Positions 49,955 to 59,443 of a stretch of DNA of 64,000 nt are shown one piece after another (position 1 is the stretch's first letter; the number at the start of each line of letters is the position of its first letter). Made by a program: the position numbers and the translations under genes. This DNA is from Bacteriovoracaceae bacterium (lineage in GTDB: Bacteria > Bdellovibrionota > Bacteriovoracia > Bacteriovoracales > Bacteriovoracaceae). The stretch lies in contig JBLWTJ010000001.1 of the NCBI GenBank assembly GCA_048270185.1, positions 1,184,001-1,248,000 of the forward strand, given 5' to 3'. The notes beneath the pieces were generated by a model, which saw only the letters and a list, made by a program, of their open reading frames with translations, was not told the origin of the DNA and did not search any database.

Positions 49955-51551
49955 AACTCTTATTAAAGATTCCTTTCGGAACTAAGTGATAGAAAGTTTT
50001 TAATGGCTCCATTGCAGTGGCCGTCATAAGACCGGCCATCATTGCACCAGAAACTCCATTAATAAGAACATCCTGACCAGTAAGAAACAGATTCTTAATT
50101 GGTGTTTTAGGCCTTAGCCACTCTTGTGTGAATCGATCGGGAGACAATTCTAGTCCATAAACTTCACCCTCTTCGTATTGACAGAAGTCTCTTGTTGTCA
50201 AAGGTGAAGACGATTCAAAGTAGTCAACCTGACCTTTTAAATTTGGCATATACTCATACAATTTATCAAGATAGCGATCTTCTAAGGACTTCTTGTATTC
50301 AACATAGTCCTCATTACTTCGTGAACGTTTTGGCCAAGTGCTCTCCTTCCATTTTTCAAACCATTTCATACTAGAAACACCTAAGATATCAATGGTTGCC
50401 CTACCAGCATATCGATCAGTAAAAGTATCATCTTTTGCAGAAGGGAAAGAAATATAAGTTAAAGGCAGTGGATTATTTTGATTTTCAAAATATGATTTTA
50501 TATTTTTATCATGATCATAGGATGGATAAATCCACTTATTCGCCTTTGGTAAATGTAGAGACTTTGCATCTTTCTTAAAGCCTAAATATAATGAAAAGTA
50601 TCCGCTAGAGTAACGAGTTTGTTTAATTTTTTGAAAAAACTTATCTCCCAAAGTTTCAGCACCGATTAATTTTAAATATGTATTTCTAGCTCCCGCATTA
50701 CTTACAATACGCTTTGCTTTTATGAGCTCTCCACTCTCTAACTCGACAGCATAAGCTTCATTTTTAGAGATGAGAATTTTCTTAACACTGGCCTTTACAC
50801 ATATATCTCCACCAGCTTTATTGATAACTTTCAACACTTCTGAAGCAATTCTTGAAGAGCCACCTATAGGATAATTTCCTCCATCAATATAGTGTTGTGC
50901 AACTGTAGCATGCACAACAAAGCTACTCATTGAAGGTGGAAGGCCGTAATCTCCATACTGTGCAGTTAAAACACCTATTAACTTTTGATTAGAAGTAATT
51001 CGACTTAAAATTTCTAATGTCGATTTGGAACTGTAATAGTTAAATGCTTTTAAATTAACGGGAAGTATTGAAGGAGCAACTCTTTTCATACAAAAATTGC
51101 GTATTGACTCCTGTGCTTCTTTTAATAATTCAAAATAGCGAATAATAGCTTTTGTCTCATCTGGAAAAATTGAGCATAAGTATTCGATTTGAGCATCTTT
51201 TGTCGCTTTATACTTGTAGCTACGATCGGGAAAGTAAACTTCTTCAAAAGTCTCTCCCATATAACTCCATTTGAGATTACTATCAGTAATATAGTCAAAG
51301 AGCAGCCTAAAAGGATGTTGCGTTTTATGAACATCTCCAACATAGTGAAGCCCAACATCCCACTCATAACCTTTGCGAGTATAAGAGTGAGTAAATCCTC
51401 CTGCTGTATAGTGCTTTTCTAATATTAATACGCGTTGCCCTTGTTTTGATAGAATAGCTCCAAGAGTGAGGCTTCCTACACCAGAGCCAATAATCACAAC
51501 ATCGTAATCCTGAGTAAAGTGAATATCTTTAAGTTTATTACCTATTATCAT
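49953..51551 (-). CDS. FAD-dependent oxidoreductase, phytoene desaturase/retinol saturase family
   Basis: IGSGVGSL, LEKH..AGGFTH..GYEWDVGLHY, FPSAKD, NLFLTGQD. Confidence 0.85.
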   Translation of the reverse strand: MIIGNKLKDIHFTQDYDVVIIGSGVGSLTLGAILSKQGQRVLILEKHYTAGGFTHSYTRKGYEWDVGLHYVGDVHKTQHPFRLLFDYITDSNLKWSYMGETFEEVYFPDRSYKYKATKDAQIEYLCSIFPDETKAIIRYFELLKEAQESIRNFCMKRVAPSILPVNLKAFNYYSSKSTLEILSRITSNQKLIGVLTAQYGDYGLPPSMSSFVVHATVAQHYIDGGNYPIGGSSRIASEVLKVINKAGGDICVKASVKKILISKNEAYAVELESGELIKAKRIVSNAGARNTYLKLIGAETLGDKFFQKIKQTRYSSGYFSLYLGFKKDAKSLHLPKANKWIYPSYDHDKNIKSYFENQNNPLPLTYISFPSAKDDTFTDRYAGRATIDILGVSSMKWFEKWKESTWPKRSRSNEDYVEYKKSLEDRYLDKLYEYMPNLKGQVDYFESSSPLTTRDFCQYEEGEVYGLELSPDRFTQEWLRPKTPIKNLFLTGQDVLINGVSGAMMAGLMTATAMEPLKTFYHLVPKGIFNKS

Positions 51552-53790
51552 TCATAACCTCATTAATAGAACCAGTTGGGATATATTTTAAAAAAAGTGG
51601 CAGCCAGAAAATATCAACAATAATAGCAAGTCCTATGACTATCCCACCAGTCACACCAAAATTTCGATTTGGCATAAAATCGGAGAACTGAAATATAAAG
51701 AAACCAGAAATTAAAATTAATGAAGTAATGATTAATGCAGGAGAAATAGAGTAAATAACATTATCGAGTGACTCATTAACACTTCTTCCTTTCTTTAATT
51801 CTTTAATATAGTGGAATACAAAGTGAATTGTATCGTCTACAGCAATTCCAAATGTAACACTACCAATCATGACTGTTGTTATATCAATTTCATAACCCAT
51901 GAGGTACATGGCACCAAATCCAATTATCAATGGTATTACATTAGGGATCAGTGCTATTGCTGCAATTGAAATACTTCTAAATGTAATCAAAAATATTACA
52001 AAGATCGAAGTAATAACAAGAGTCATACTTTTAATAAATGTACTAGAGACATAATCAGTCATCTGATAATAAAGGTATTGTTTTCCAGATATTTGAAGAT
52101 GTAATCCAAGCTCTATAGCTTTCGAGACTAATCTCTTAGACATTATACGAGATTCCTTACTTCCGTTAACGTCCCAAATCATTGAAATTCTCATATATCT
52201 CTCATCAATAGAAATAAACTCACTTAAAGAATTCATTTCATTAGTCATAAGCTGAGAGCTAAATATTAGACTGGCCAATTGAGAAGAGTCATCAATCTGA
52301 CTTAATGATCGATCCAAAATAGCTTTCGATGTTTCTCTAAGGCTTCTCGATGCAGAAAATATATTTTTAGCGATATTAGATGTGTGTAAGTAATCTTCAA
52401 ATATTAAATATTTTTTAAAGAAGTTTATATTTTTAACGCCTCCTTGAATTCCCGAGTCAAATATTAATTCAATAGACTCACTACCACCGAGGGTGTCTGT
52501 TAAAACTTTTGCATCCTTAGACATTCTTGTATTCTTTGAAAAGTAATTCTTAGCGGTTGTGTTAACCTCATTTTGAAGTCCTAGATAGAGAGCTGTCAGG
52601 GTAATGATAAGAAATGGAATATGCCAAAGCCATCTTTTAAAAAATAACCTCTCTACTCTTAATTTCTTCTGCAAATAACTTTCTTCTCTTTTAATAAGAA
52701 TCAGGTTTGGGAATACTCTCATCACAGGAAGAAGCATTGTATAAGTTGTGATCCATGTAAAGATTGATCCAATTGCACATAGAATTCCCATCTCATAAAT
52801 TGGGACCAAGTCTGAGGTTAGAAAAGACAGAAATCCAATACTAGTTGTTATTGAGGTTAATAACGTCGTATTAAAGTTTTTCTCAATCGTTGAAGCTAAC
52901 TTATTATCACTCTCACCCGTTGCTGATATATAACTCGAAACAATATGAATAATATCTGCAATTGAAATAACAAAGAGAGTAACAGGTAGAATGATATAAA
53001 TCGACTGAACAGGATAGCCCAACCAACCTGAAATCCCCGTAACCGCAGTAATATTTAATATTATTAAAAGAGTTGTAAAAACAGAGAACTGAAAGTTCTT
53101 AAAGTAAAAGAGAAAGAAAATAAAAATGATCACTATTGCTATTGGAAGAAGCACGCTTAGATCATTTAGAGAGACACGTTGAAAGCCTTCAACAAGAGAA
53201 ATAAAGCCATTGTATCCAAATTTATAATCTTTAAATTCACCTTCTAGGCTCCTTACAAAGTTCATAGTATCAATGAAATCGAAAGATTTATCAAAACTTG
53301 GCTTCGCATATAGGTGGATGAAAACCTTGGAATGATCTGAACTAATGAAACCGTTGAATAACTCCGGCCTATCAGTTAAAAATGATTGTCTTACAATATT
53401 TTCGTCTTCATCATAGAAGGGAAAAATATCAACTTCTTCATCACTAATTTTAACTGCTGCCTCGACACCATTCACATACTTGATTTTCATGATATGTGGA
53501 GCCTGATAAAGCCTATCAACAATCGGAACTAAATTTTTAAAGCTTTCATCTGAGTTAAAACTCTTACCGGACTTATGCTCAAGAGTGAGGATCAAAGTTT
53601 CATTGGGCCCAAAAGTCTTTTCCAAGAAGTTTAAGGTTTCAACATTTGGGTCATTCTGGGCAAACCAGAGTCTAATGCTAAAGTCTTTCTCAAGCCTCGA
53701 GTTTCCTAAAGCGAGCAGAAATAAAATAAGAGTAGAGAATAGAAATAATAGCCTAGGTTTATTAAAAATCAAATACTTAGCGGCGTTCAT
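51538..53790 (-). CDS. MMPL/RND family transporter
   Basis: Duplicated TM halves; SIADIIH, TSITTSIGF, FGIAVDDTIH. Confidence 0.88.
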   Translation of the reverse strand: MNAAKYLIFNKPRLLFLFSTLILFLLALGNSRLEKDFSIRLWFAQNDPNVETLNFLEKTFGPNETLILTLEHKSGKSFNSDESFKNLVPIVDRLYQAPHIMKIKYVNGVEAAVKISDEEVDIFPFYDEDENIVRQSFLTDRPELFNGFISSDHSKVFIHLYAKPSFDKSFDFIDTMNFVRSLEGEFKDYKFGYNGFISLVEGFQRVSLNDLSVLLPIAIVIIFIFFLFYFKNFQFSVFTTLLIILNITAVTGISGWLGYPVQSIYIILPVTLFVISIADIIHIVSSYISATGESDNKLASTIEKNFNTTLLTSITTSIGFLSFLTSDLVPIYEMGILCAIGSIFTWITTYTMLLPVMRVFPNLILIKREESYLQKKLRVERLFFKRWLWHIPFLIITLTALYLGLQNEVNTTAKNYFSKNTRMSKDAKVLTDTLGGSESIELIFDSGIQGGVKNINFFKKYLIFEDYLHTSNIAKNIFSASRSLRETSKAILDRSLSQIDDSSQLASLIFSSQLMTNEMNSLSEFISIDERYMRISMIWDVNGSKESRIMSKRLVSKAIELGLHLQISGKQYLYYQMTDYVSSTFIKSMTLVITSIFVIFLITFRSISIAAIALIPNVIPLIIGFGAMYLMGYEIDITTVMIGSVTFGIAVDDTIHFVFHYIKELKKGRSVNESLDNVIYSISPALIITSLILISGFFIFQFSDFMPNRNFGVTGGIVIGLAIIVDIFWLPLFLKYIPTGSINEVMNDNR

Positions 53791-53869
53791 ATTTGTCCAA
53801 TTTTAGTACATCAATAGAAATAATTACTATTTTAGCTCATGCCCACAATTATTAATATAGAGTAAAATT

Positions 53870-54811
53870 ATGAATAGTAGAGCAAAAGCGTGGGCGATTG
53901 AAGATATCAATTGGCACCAAGACATTGATTTAGAAAAAGAACTTCTAACTCTTGAAGATGATGAGTTCATCTCTATGTTAAGCAGTAGACAAAAGTCTGC
54001 CCTATCTCACATTATGGGACTAGTTATTATTTCTGCAATTTCGGCCCATGAAAATGTTATTCAAGATATTAAGTCAGGACATTGGCAGCGACTAAAGCGA
54101 AATAAGCAAATCTCTAGTAAAGTCTATAATGAAGGAATGGAATTCTTCGATGATGAGAGTAAGCATTCGCAGATGTTTAATCGCTACATCAGTAAGTACC
54201 TATCAAAAATAAATCTAAAAAAAGAGGAAGCTGATGAGTTTCTTCCTTCATATGATAAGAAATCAATCTTTATGAGACTCGCTAAGTTCAATATGTTCCT
54301 AGGAGGACGTGCGATATGGTGGCTAGTAGCTTCAGTTGAAAATGAGAGCTTAGACCTATTTCGTGAAATTCATAAAAGAAAGAGAGATATTGATCCACTC
54401 TATTATGAAATCCATTTGAAGCACTTTCAAGAAGAGATCATACACTCAAGTTTTGCAGAAAACCTTATCCTGTCAGATGACTTAGGTAAATCAACTTTCT
54501 TAAATCGTATTGATTATATTATTGCAGACTTCTTACAGATTACTTGGGCCTTATGGCAATTAGTGAGACTATCTAAAATACAAAAGCATGAATCTCGTCA
54601 TTCATTTATTAAAGATTTTGTTTCGATATATAGTGTAATTAAGCAATTTGGAAGAATTAGATTTCTAAAATATATGTTTGTGAAATTTCCATACCTTTCA
54701 ATGATGTTAAATTCTCATCACCGCAAGGGAATGATTAAGTTATTAAATAAATCGACAACGGTCGCTCCACTTAGACCTTCATCTTTTAAGGGAGTATTTC
54801 ATGTCGGTTAA
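53870..54811 (+). CDS. Ferritin-like diiron oxygenase (AurF-like)
   Basis: Ligand order E, DESKH, E, HFQEEIIH matches the AurF E/ExxH/E/HxxxExxH pattern; N-terminal W..DINW. Confidence 0.75.
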   Translation: MNSRAKAWAIEDINWHQDIDLEKELLTLEDDEFISMLSSRQKSALSHIMGLVIISAISAHENVIQDIKSGHWQRLKRNKQISSKVYNEGMEFFDDESKHSQMFNRYISKYLSKINLKKEEADEFLPSYDKKSIFMRLAKFNMFLGGRAIWWLVASVENESLDLFREIHKRKRDIDPLYYEIHLKHFQEEIIHSSFAENLILSDDLGKSTFLNRIDYIIADFLQITWALWQLVRLSKIQKHESRHSFIKDFVSIYSVIKQFGRIRFLKYMFVKFPYLSMMLNSHHRKGMIKLLNKSTTVAPLRPSSFKGVFHVG

Positions 54812-55595
54812 CTTTATTGAATTTAAATCAAAAGGTCCCCTTCTCTTCTTTCTACATGGATTTCCAAATAACCATGAGGTATTTAATAATATCGTCGAAG
54901 AGTTAAAAGATCGTTACCACCTGCTTTTAATTGATCTTCCAGGAATATGTGAAGAGACATTTCCAACAGTTGATAGTTACTCATTCGAGAAGCTAGGACA
55001 AAATATTGTAAATAAAATTAAAGAACTTACATATAACAATAAAGAATATTATTTTATCGGCCACGACCTTGGCTGTTTTATCATTGAAGATATCATTAGA
55101 CGCTCTGATTTGAAACCACAGCGAGTCTTCCATATATCAGGAATGGGGACGCAGATGTTTTCAACTAGAATAATCTCTCCAAGTCAGTGGATAAAATCCC
55201 TCTATATTCCTATTACTTTTATTCCTGGAGTAAAGAGAATTGCAAAATCAAACTTAGGTATTAAGGTTATTGACCAAGTCATGAAGTATTCAGGATTATC
55301 AAAAGAGCAAAGATTAATTGAACAAAAAAACTTCTATGCACTACCTTTATATAAACATCTGACAAGTTTAACCATTAAGGATTTATTTCAAAAAAGACTA
55401 AAAATTAAAACCCCGACGACTTTTATATTTGGAGAGAACGAGAAATTTCTCAATTTACCGACAAAGTCTGAAATGAAAAGTAACTATGAAGAAGCTTCAC
55501 TAATAAAAATATCTCAAGCGGAGCACTGGCTGCCTCTTTATCGAAATCGTGAAGTTTTAAATATCTTAGAACAAAGCATTGGTGGAACACTATGA
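54801..55595 (+). CDS. Alpha/beta hydrolase, epoxide hydrolase-like
   Basis: HGFP oxyanion motif, GHDLG Asp nucleophile, cap tyrosines (KSLYI, PLYK), AEHW catalytic His. Confidence 0.8.
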   Translation: MSVNFIEFKSKGPLLFFLHGFPNNHEVFNNIVEELKDRYHLLLIDLPGICEETFPTVDSYSFEKLGQNIVNKIKELTYNNKEYYFIGHDLGCFIIEDIIRRSDLKPQRVFHISGMGTQMFSTRIISPSQWIKSLYIPITFIPGVKRIAKSNLGIKVIDQVMKYSGLSKEQRLIEQKNFYALPLYKHLTSLTIKDLFQKRLKIKTPTTFIFGENEKFLNLPTKSEMKSNYEEASLIKISQAEHWLPLYRNREVLNILEQSIGGTL

Positions 55596-56425
55596 AAGTA
55601 ACAATGAAACAATTTAGAACTGATAAGTATTTCTTTTTTAAGTATTTTCTATTTCAAATGCTTATCACTGCCCCAATCGCAGTCATTCTATTTCTAAAAG
55701 GAAATTTCAGTTTTACTACGCAACTAGAGCTAATCCATCTAGTAATCATTCCTCTTGCAATAGTCTTTGGAATACAAGTTCCTGTAATGCTACACAACGC
55801 TGTTCATTATAATATTAAGCCGAAATGGTTGAATGAAATTCTTGGAGAACTTTGTGGATTCTTTGTCTTATTTGGTATGGGACCATTTAGAATCAGTCAC
55901 GTTCTACATCATGCACATGCTGATGACCACGACTTAGACCCACATCCTCCAATGGGAAGATCATTTCTCGTATTCTTGGCAACAACTCAATTGAATACGA
56001 TCAGAGTTATTTCGAATCAATACTTCGATAAATTTGGTCGAAATAATAGTACATACTCTATTATGGGTGTTCAAATGTGCTTTTACTATATTGGTTTAAT
56101 TAGTCGCTTAGCAATCTGGTTCATGCTACTTGGGCCTACTTTCTTCATCGCATTCTATATACCAGCTTATTTAGCAAATTTAATCGTCTTTGCTCATATT
56201 AACTTTGCGACACATATTGAAGATGAGAATGGAAATGTAGAGATCGTAAACTTAAACCATAATCTCTACTATAAGACTGTGAACTTTATTTCAAGTGGAG
56301 CCTATTTCCACAAGAATCACCACAAGTATCCAAACCTTTTTAATCCTGCACTTGATACGAATCAAGAAAGGAAGCTTCCATGGTTTAAAACAGTTGTTAG
56401 TTTTAATATTTTCAATCGATCATAA
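55592..56425 (+). CDS. Membrane fatty acid desaturase family protein
   Basis: Three His boxes HNAVH, HVLHH, HKNHH with TM segments. Confidence 0.85.
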   Translation: MKVTMKQFRTDKYFFFKYFLFQMLITAPIAVILFLKGNFSFTTQLELIHLVIIPLAIVFGIQVPVMLHNAVHYNIKPKWLNEILGELCGFFVLFGMGPFRISHVLHHAHADDHDLDPHPPMGRSFLVFLATTQLNTIRVISNQYFDKFGRNNSTYSIMGVQMCFYYIGLISRLAIWFMLLGPTFFIAFYIPAYLANLIVFAHINFATHIEDENGNVEIVNLNHNLYYKTVNFISSGAYFHKNHHKYPNLFNPALDTNQERKLPWFKTVVSFNIFNRS

Positions 56426-56426
56426 C

Positions 56427-56460
56427 AAAAAAAAAAGCTCCCACTATGGGAGCTTTTTTT
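56427..56460. terminator. Bidirectional terminator (right edge of the cassette)
   Basis: A-tract, AGCTCCCA-CTA-TGGGAGCT, T-tract. Confidence 0.85.
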
Positions 56461-56713
56461 ATGCCGCAATTTTGTAATCTAAACTGAAGGGGTAATAAAT
56501 TTCTTGGGCATCTTTATTAATAATATCCTCGATTAAGGATATGAACTCAAATTCATCCACTCCATTTATTGATGCCGCCGTCCAAATCGGCGTTAGTTTT
56601 TCAGAAAATAAATCAGAATTAAAATCTCCATCAATTGTAGTTTCTAGGTAAATTCCTTGGATTTCATTTCTCGTTTCATTTAAAAATGTTTGTTTAAAAT
56701 TATCTTTTTGCAT
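56459..56713 (-). CDS. Small acidic hypothetical protein, paralog A (ends YKIAA)
   Basis: 84 aa, AGGGA RBS, ungapped similarity to 57940-58194. Confidence 0.8.
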   Translation of the reverse strand: MQKDNFKQTFLNETRNEIQGIYLETTIDGDFNSDLFSEKLTPIWTAASINGVDEFEFISLIEDIINKDAQEIYYPFSLDYKIAA

Positions 56714-56965
56714 TTGAACGTCCCTTGAATGAGATAGCTACACTATCTTTTCTACCTATACATTTTGCAGCAACTTTGTTGAGTTACGAAGATTTTTTCA
56801 AGCTTTAGTATTTTCAATATGTTTCATTGTTCATCAATAAAAAATATGGCAAAAAACTTATTACTTTTTGTCAGTTTTTAGAGGCAATACCTATTAAATA
56901 GTGAACCTTACATATGAATAAAACTCTCCGTTGTCTTTGGAATAAAATCAATCTATATTGAGGCC

Positions 56966-57925
56966 ATGAAAGGTATTATTCTATTAAGTATTGCATGTGC
57001 TATCTGGGGCTTAGGTTTTGCTGGAACAAGATTTACTCTAGTTGATTTTTCCCCTATTTGGTCAAACTCGCTTCGCTATATTTTTGCAGGTGGAATTGCT
57101 CTTCTTATCTTTATCATTAGAAATGACTTTAAGAAGCTAAAAGGCAATCATAATGAAATACTTGGAGGTCTCATCTGTTCAGCAGTTCTAATGACTGCAC
57201 TACAATTACAGACAGTAGGTATTGCTATGACAACAATGGCAAAAGCCGGCTTCTTCACAGTCTTCTATGCCGTCATTACCCCAATGATCTCTGTAGCCTT
57301 CCTAGGTCAAAGAGTAAGAAAGACTTTCTGGCTACTTCTTACGACTTCAATGATTGGTATCATGATGATGAATGGCATGGACTTTAATAATTTTAATCTA
57401 GGTGATTTCTTTGTTATTGCTTCAGCAGTCTTCTTTTCACTCCATATCATTGCTACAGATCGCTATGCTAATGAAGTCGACTCTGTACGCTTTAATTTTC
57501 TACAATGTATATTCATGGGAATCATGGGGTTAGTCTTTGCTCTAATCTATGAAGGACCTGTTAGCCTTTCAACATTATATAGCGCTAAGGCCTTAAGCTT
57601 TCCTTCTGCTTTGTGGGGATTTCTCATTCTTTCAATCTTCTCTTCGCTTATTGCCTTTTCATTACAGATTACGGCGCAAAAAAGTATTCCGGCCCATATT
57701 GTTGGATTGGTATTTTTAAGTGAATCAATCTTTGCAGCAATCTTTGGGTATCTCTTTTTTAAGGAGACTCTTGATCCAACAGCTCTGGCCGGAGCAGTTG
57801 TCATTATGGTGTCAGTTGCACTTGTTCCAAAATTTACTAATATAAAAAAATCAGATGATGAACTTACTGGTGATGTAATTGAAAATACCGGGGTATCGTC
57901 TGTTATCAACGATACCCGAGTATAA
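56966..57925 (+). CDS. EamA/DMT family transporter
   Basis: IWG, LRY, duplicated EamA halves, NLGD, ESIFA. Confidence 0.9.
   Translation: MKGIILLSIACAIWGLGFAGTRFTLVDFSPIWSNSLRYIFAGGIALLIFIIRNDFKKLKGNHNEILGGLICSAVLMTALQLQTVGIAMTTMAKAGFFTVFYAVITPMISVAFLGQRVRKTFWLLLTTSMIGIMMMNGMDFNNFNLGDFFVIASAVFFSLHIIATDRYANEVDSVRFNFLQCIFMGIMGLVFALIYEGPVSLSTLYSAKALSFPSALWGFLILSIFSSLIAFSLQITAQKSIPAHIVGLVFLSESIFAAIFGYLFFKETLDPTALAGAVVIMVSVALVPKFTNIKKSDDELTGDVIENTGVSSVINDTRV
57882..57923 (-). terminator. Probable terminator of paralog B, embedded in the EamA 3' end
   Basis: GGGTATCGT-N9-ACGATACCC stem with a short U-tract on the minus strand. Confidence 0.5.
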
Positions 57926-57939
57926 TTACGTAGCTGCTC

Positions 57940-58194
57940 TTAAGCCGCTAATGGGATATCATATGTGTATGGTAGGGTTACATTTTCAAAGTGTACTGGG
58001 ATAACTTCTTCAACAATACACGAGAACTCATCTTCAGTTAATCCATTGATTTGGGCCTCTGACCAAATGATCTCTAACTTCTCACTAAAGATCCCACAGT
58101 CAAATTCTCCGTTTACTTTTGATGCTGAGACAATTGTCTTAATTTCATCTCTAGCGTGGGCAATAAACGTCTCTCTAAAGCTCTCAATATTCAT
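57940..58194 (-). CDS. Small acidic hypothetical protein, paralog B (ends IPLAA)
   Basis: Start set at ATG 58194 after GAGGAG, giving 84 aa like paralog A. Confidence 0.8.
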   Translation of the reverse strand: MNIESFRETFIAHARDEIKTIVSASKVNGEFDCGIFSEKLEIIWSEAQINGLTEDEFSCIVEEVIPVHFENVTLPYTYDIPLAA

Positions 58195-58396
58195 TCTAAA
58201 CTCCTCTTCCACTCAATATTTGAGTATTCAACTATTATGCAAAGGTTTAGGAGTTAACTAACAAAGTATTTTAGTTGTTTACCATTTCAAACACTTAACT
58301 GATTTTGTTCAGCTTGATTAATAGTACATTTATTGACACCCCCAAATAGAAAATGCCAATAACTACTGTCAGTCTGAGTAATTACAAGAAGTTAAA

Positions 58397-58882
58397 CTAG
58401 AATAGTTTACAGCTCGTTAAACCCTTTTTCTGGAGGTATTTCTGGTGATATTCCTCGGCTTTAACGTAGTTTTTAAATATTTCAAGTTTAGTTACGACTG
58501 GGTTTGAGAATTTTCCACTCTTATCGGCCGCTTCGATGGCCTTTTGAGCTAATTCTTTCTGCTCGTCATTTAAGAAGAAGACAACGCTTCGATACTGAGT
58601 CCCTTCATCTGGCCCCTGACGGTTTAGAGTCGTTGGGTTATGATTTTCAAAGAAAACATCTAACAGGTTGTTAAATGTGATTATACTAGGGTCAAAAGTG
58701 ATCTTAATTACTTCAGCATGATCTGTTTCACCTGTACACACCTGTTCATAGGTAGTTTCACTGCAATTTCCACCAGCATAGCCAACTTCTGTTTCACTTA
58801 CACCTGCAAGAGTTCTGAAAGTTTCTTCAACACCCCAAAAACACCCTGCACCAAAAACTGCTATTTGCTTATTATTGTCCAT
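58397..58882 (-). CDS. msrA: Peptide methionine sulfoxide reductase A
   Basis: GAGCFWGVE, GYAGG, YEQVC, NRQGPD.GTQYRS, AEEYHQKY; start set at ATG 58882. Confidence 0.96.
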   Translation of the reverse strand: MDNNKQIAVFGAGCFWGVEETFRTLAGVSETEVGYAGGNCSETTYEQVCTGETDHAEVIKITFDPSIITFNNLLDVFFENHNPTTLNRQGPDEGTQYRSVVFFLNDEQKELAQKAIEAADKSGKFSNPVVTKLEIFKNYVKAEEYHQKYLQKKGLTSCKLF

Positions 58883-58919
58883 TGCAAACCCCTTACTTTT
58901 TTCGTAATTTACTCCAACT

Positions 58920-59441
58920 ATGAGCAAAAAAACAAGAACATTCCTCGCGAAGAAATTAGAAAAAGAACTAGAGATAGCAAAAGAGAAAGCAACTTTTGGG
59001 CAGCACAACATAATCATTGTCCTCGACCACCTAAAAGGCGGCTTCAATATTGGTAAGATCCTAAGATCCTGTGAAATCTACAGTGTTTACGAAGTCCATA
59101 TAGTCGGAACGAAATTCTTTGATTGTACAATAGCCAAGGGTGCCCTTAAGAGAGTTAAAACTTTCTTCTATGACAGTATTGAAGAATCTCTTGAGCGTGT
59201 AAGGGAGCTTGAATATATTCCATTGACTCTTGATTCTAATGCCACAACTTATCTCAACGAAAGCAAGTTACCAGAGAAAGCTGCATTTATTTTTGGCCAT
59301 GAAGAGTTTGGGCCATTAAAGGAAATGCATGGTATTGAAAGATTAAAGATTAAACAATATGGCATGACTGAGTCTCTAAACGTGTCCATTGCTGCAAGTA
59401 TTGTTATGTACGAATACACAAACCAACACGCTGGCGAATAA
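58920..59441 (+). CDS. TrmH/SpoU family RNA methyltransferase
   Basis: VLD..NIGKILRS, FGHEEFG, ESLNVSIA. Confidence 0.9.
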   Translation: MSKKTRTFLAKKLEKELEIAKEKATFGQHNIIIVLDHLKGGFNIGKILRSCEIYSVYEVHIVGTKFFDCTIAKGALKRVKTFFYDSIEESLERVRELEYIPLTLDSNATTYLNESKLPEKAAFIFGHEEFGPLKEMHGIERLKIKQYGMTESLNVSIAASIVMYEYTNQHAGE

Positions 59442-59443
59442 TT

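Noticed and set aside
49953..51551. crtI and a carotenoid biosynthesis cluster
   Set aside because: Motifs are closer to the retinol-saturase subgroup, and no crtB/crtE is present.
58883..59047. ORF-track N-terminal extensions of msrA (also lon, porin, CarD-like, histone-like and 44446 genes)
   Set aside because: They overlap neighbours or precede better RBS-supported starts; starts were trimmed.
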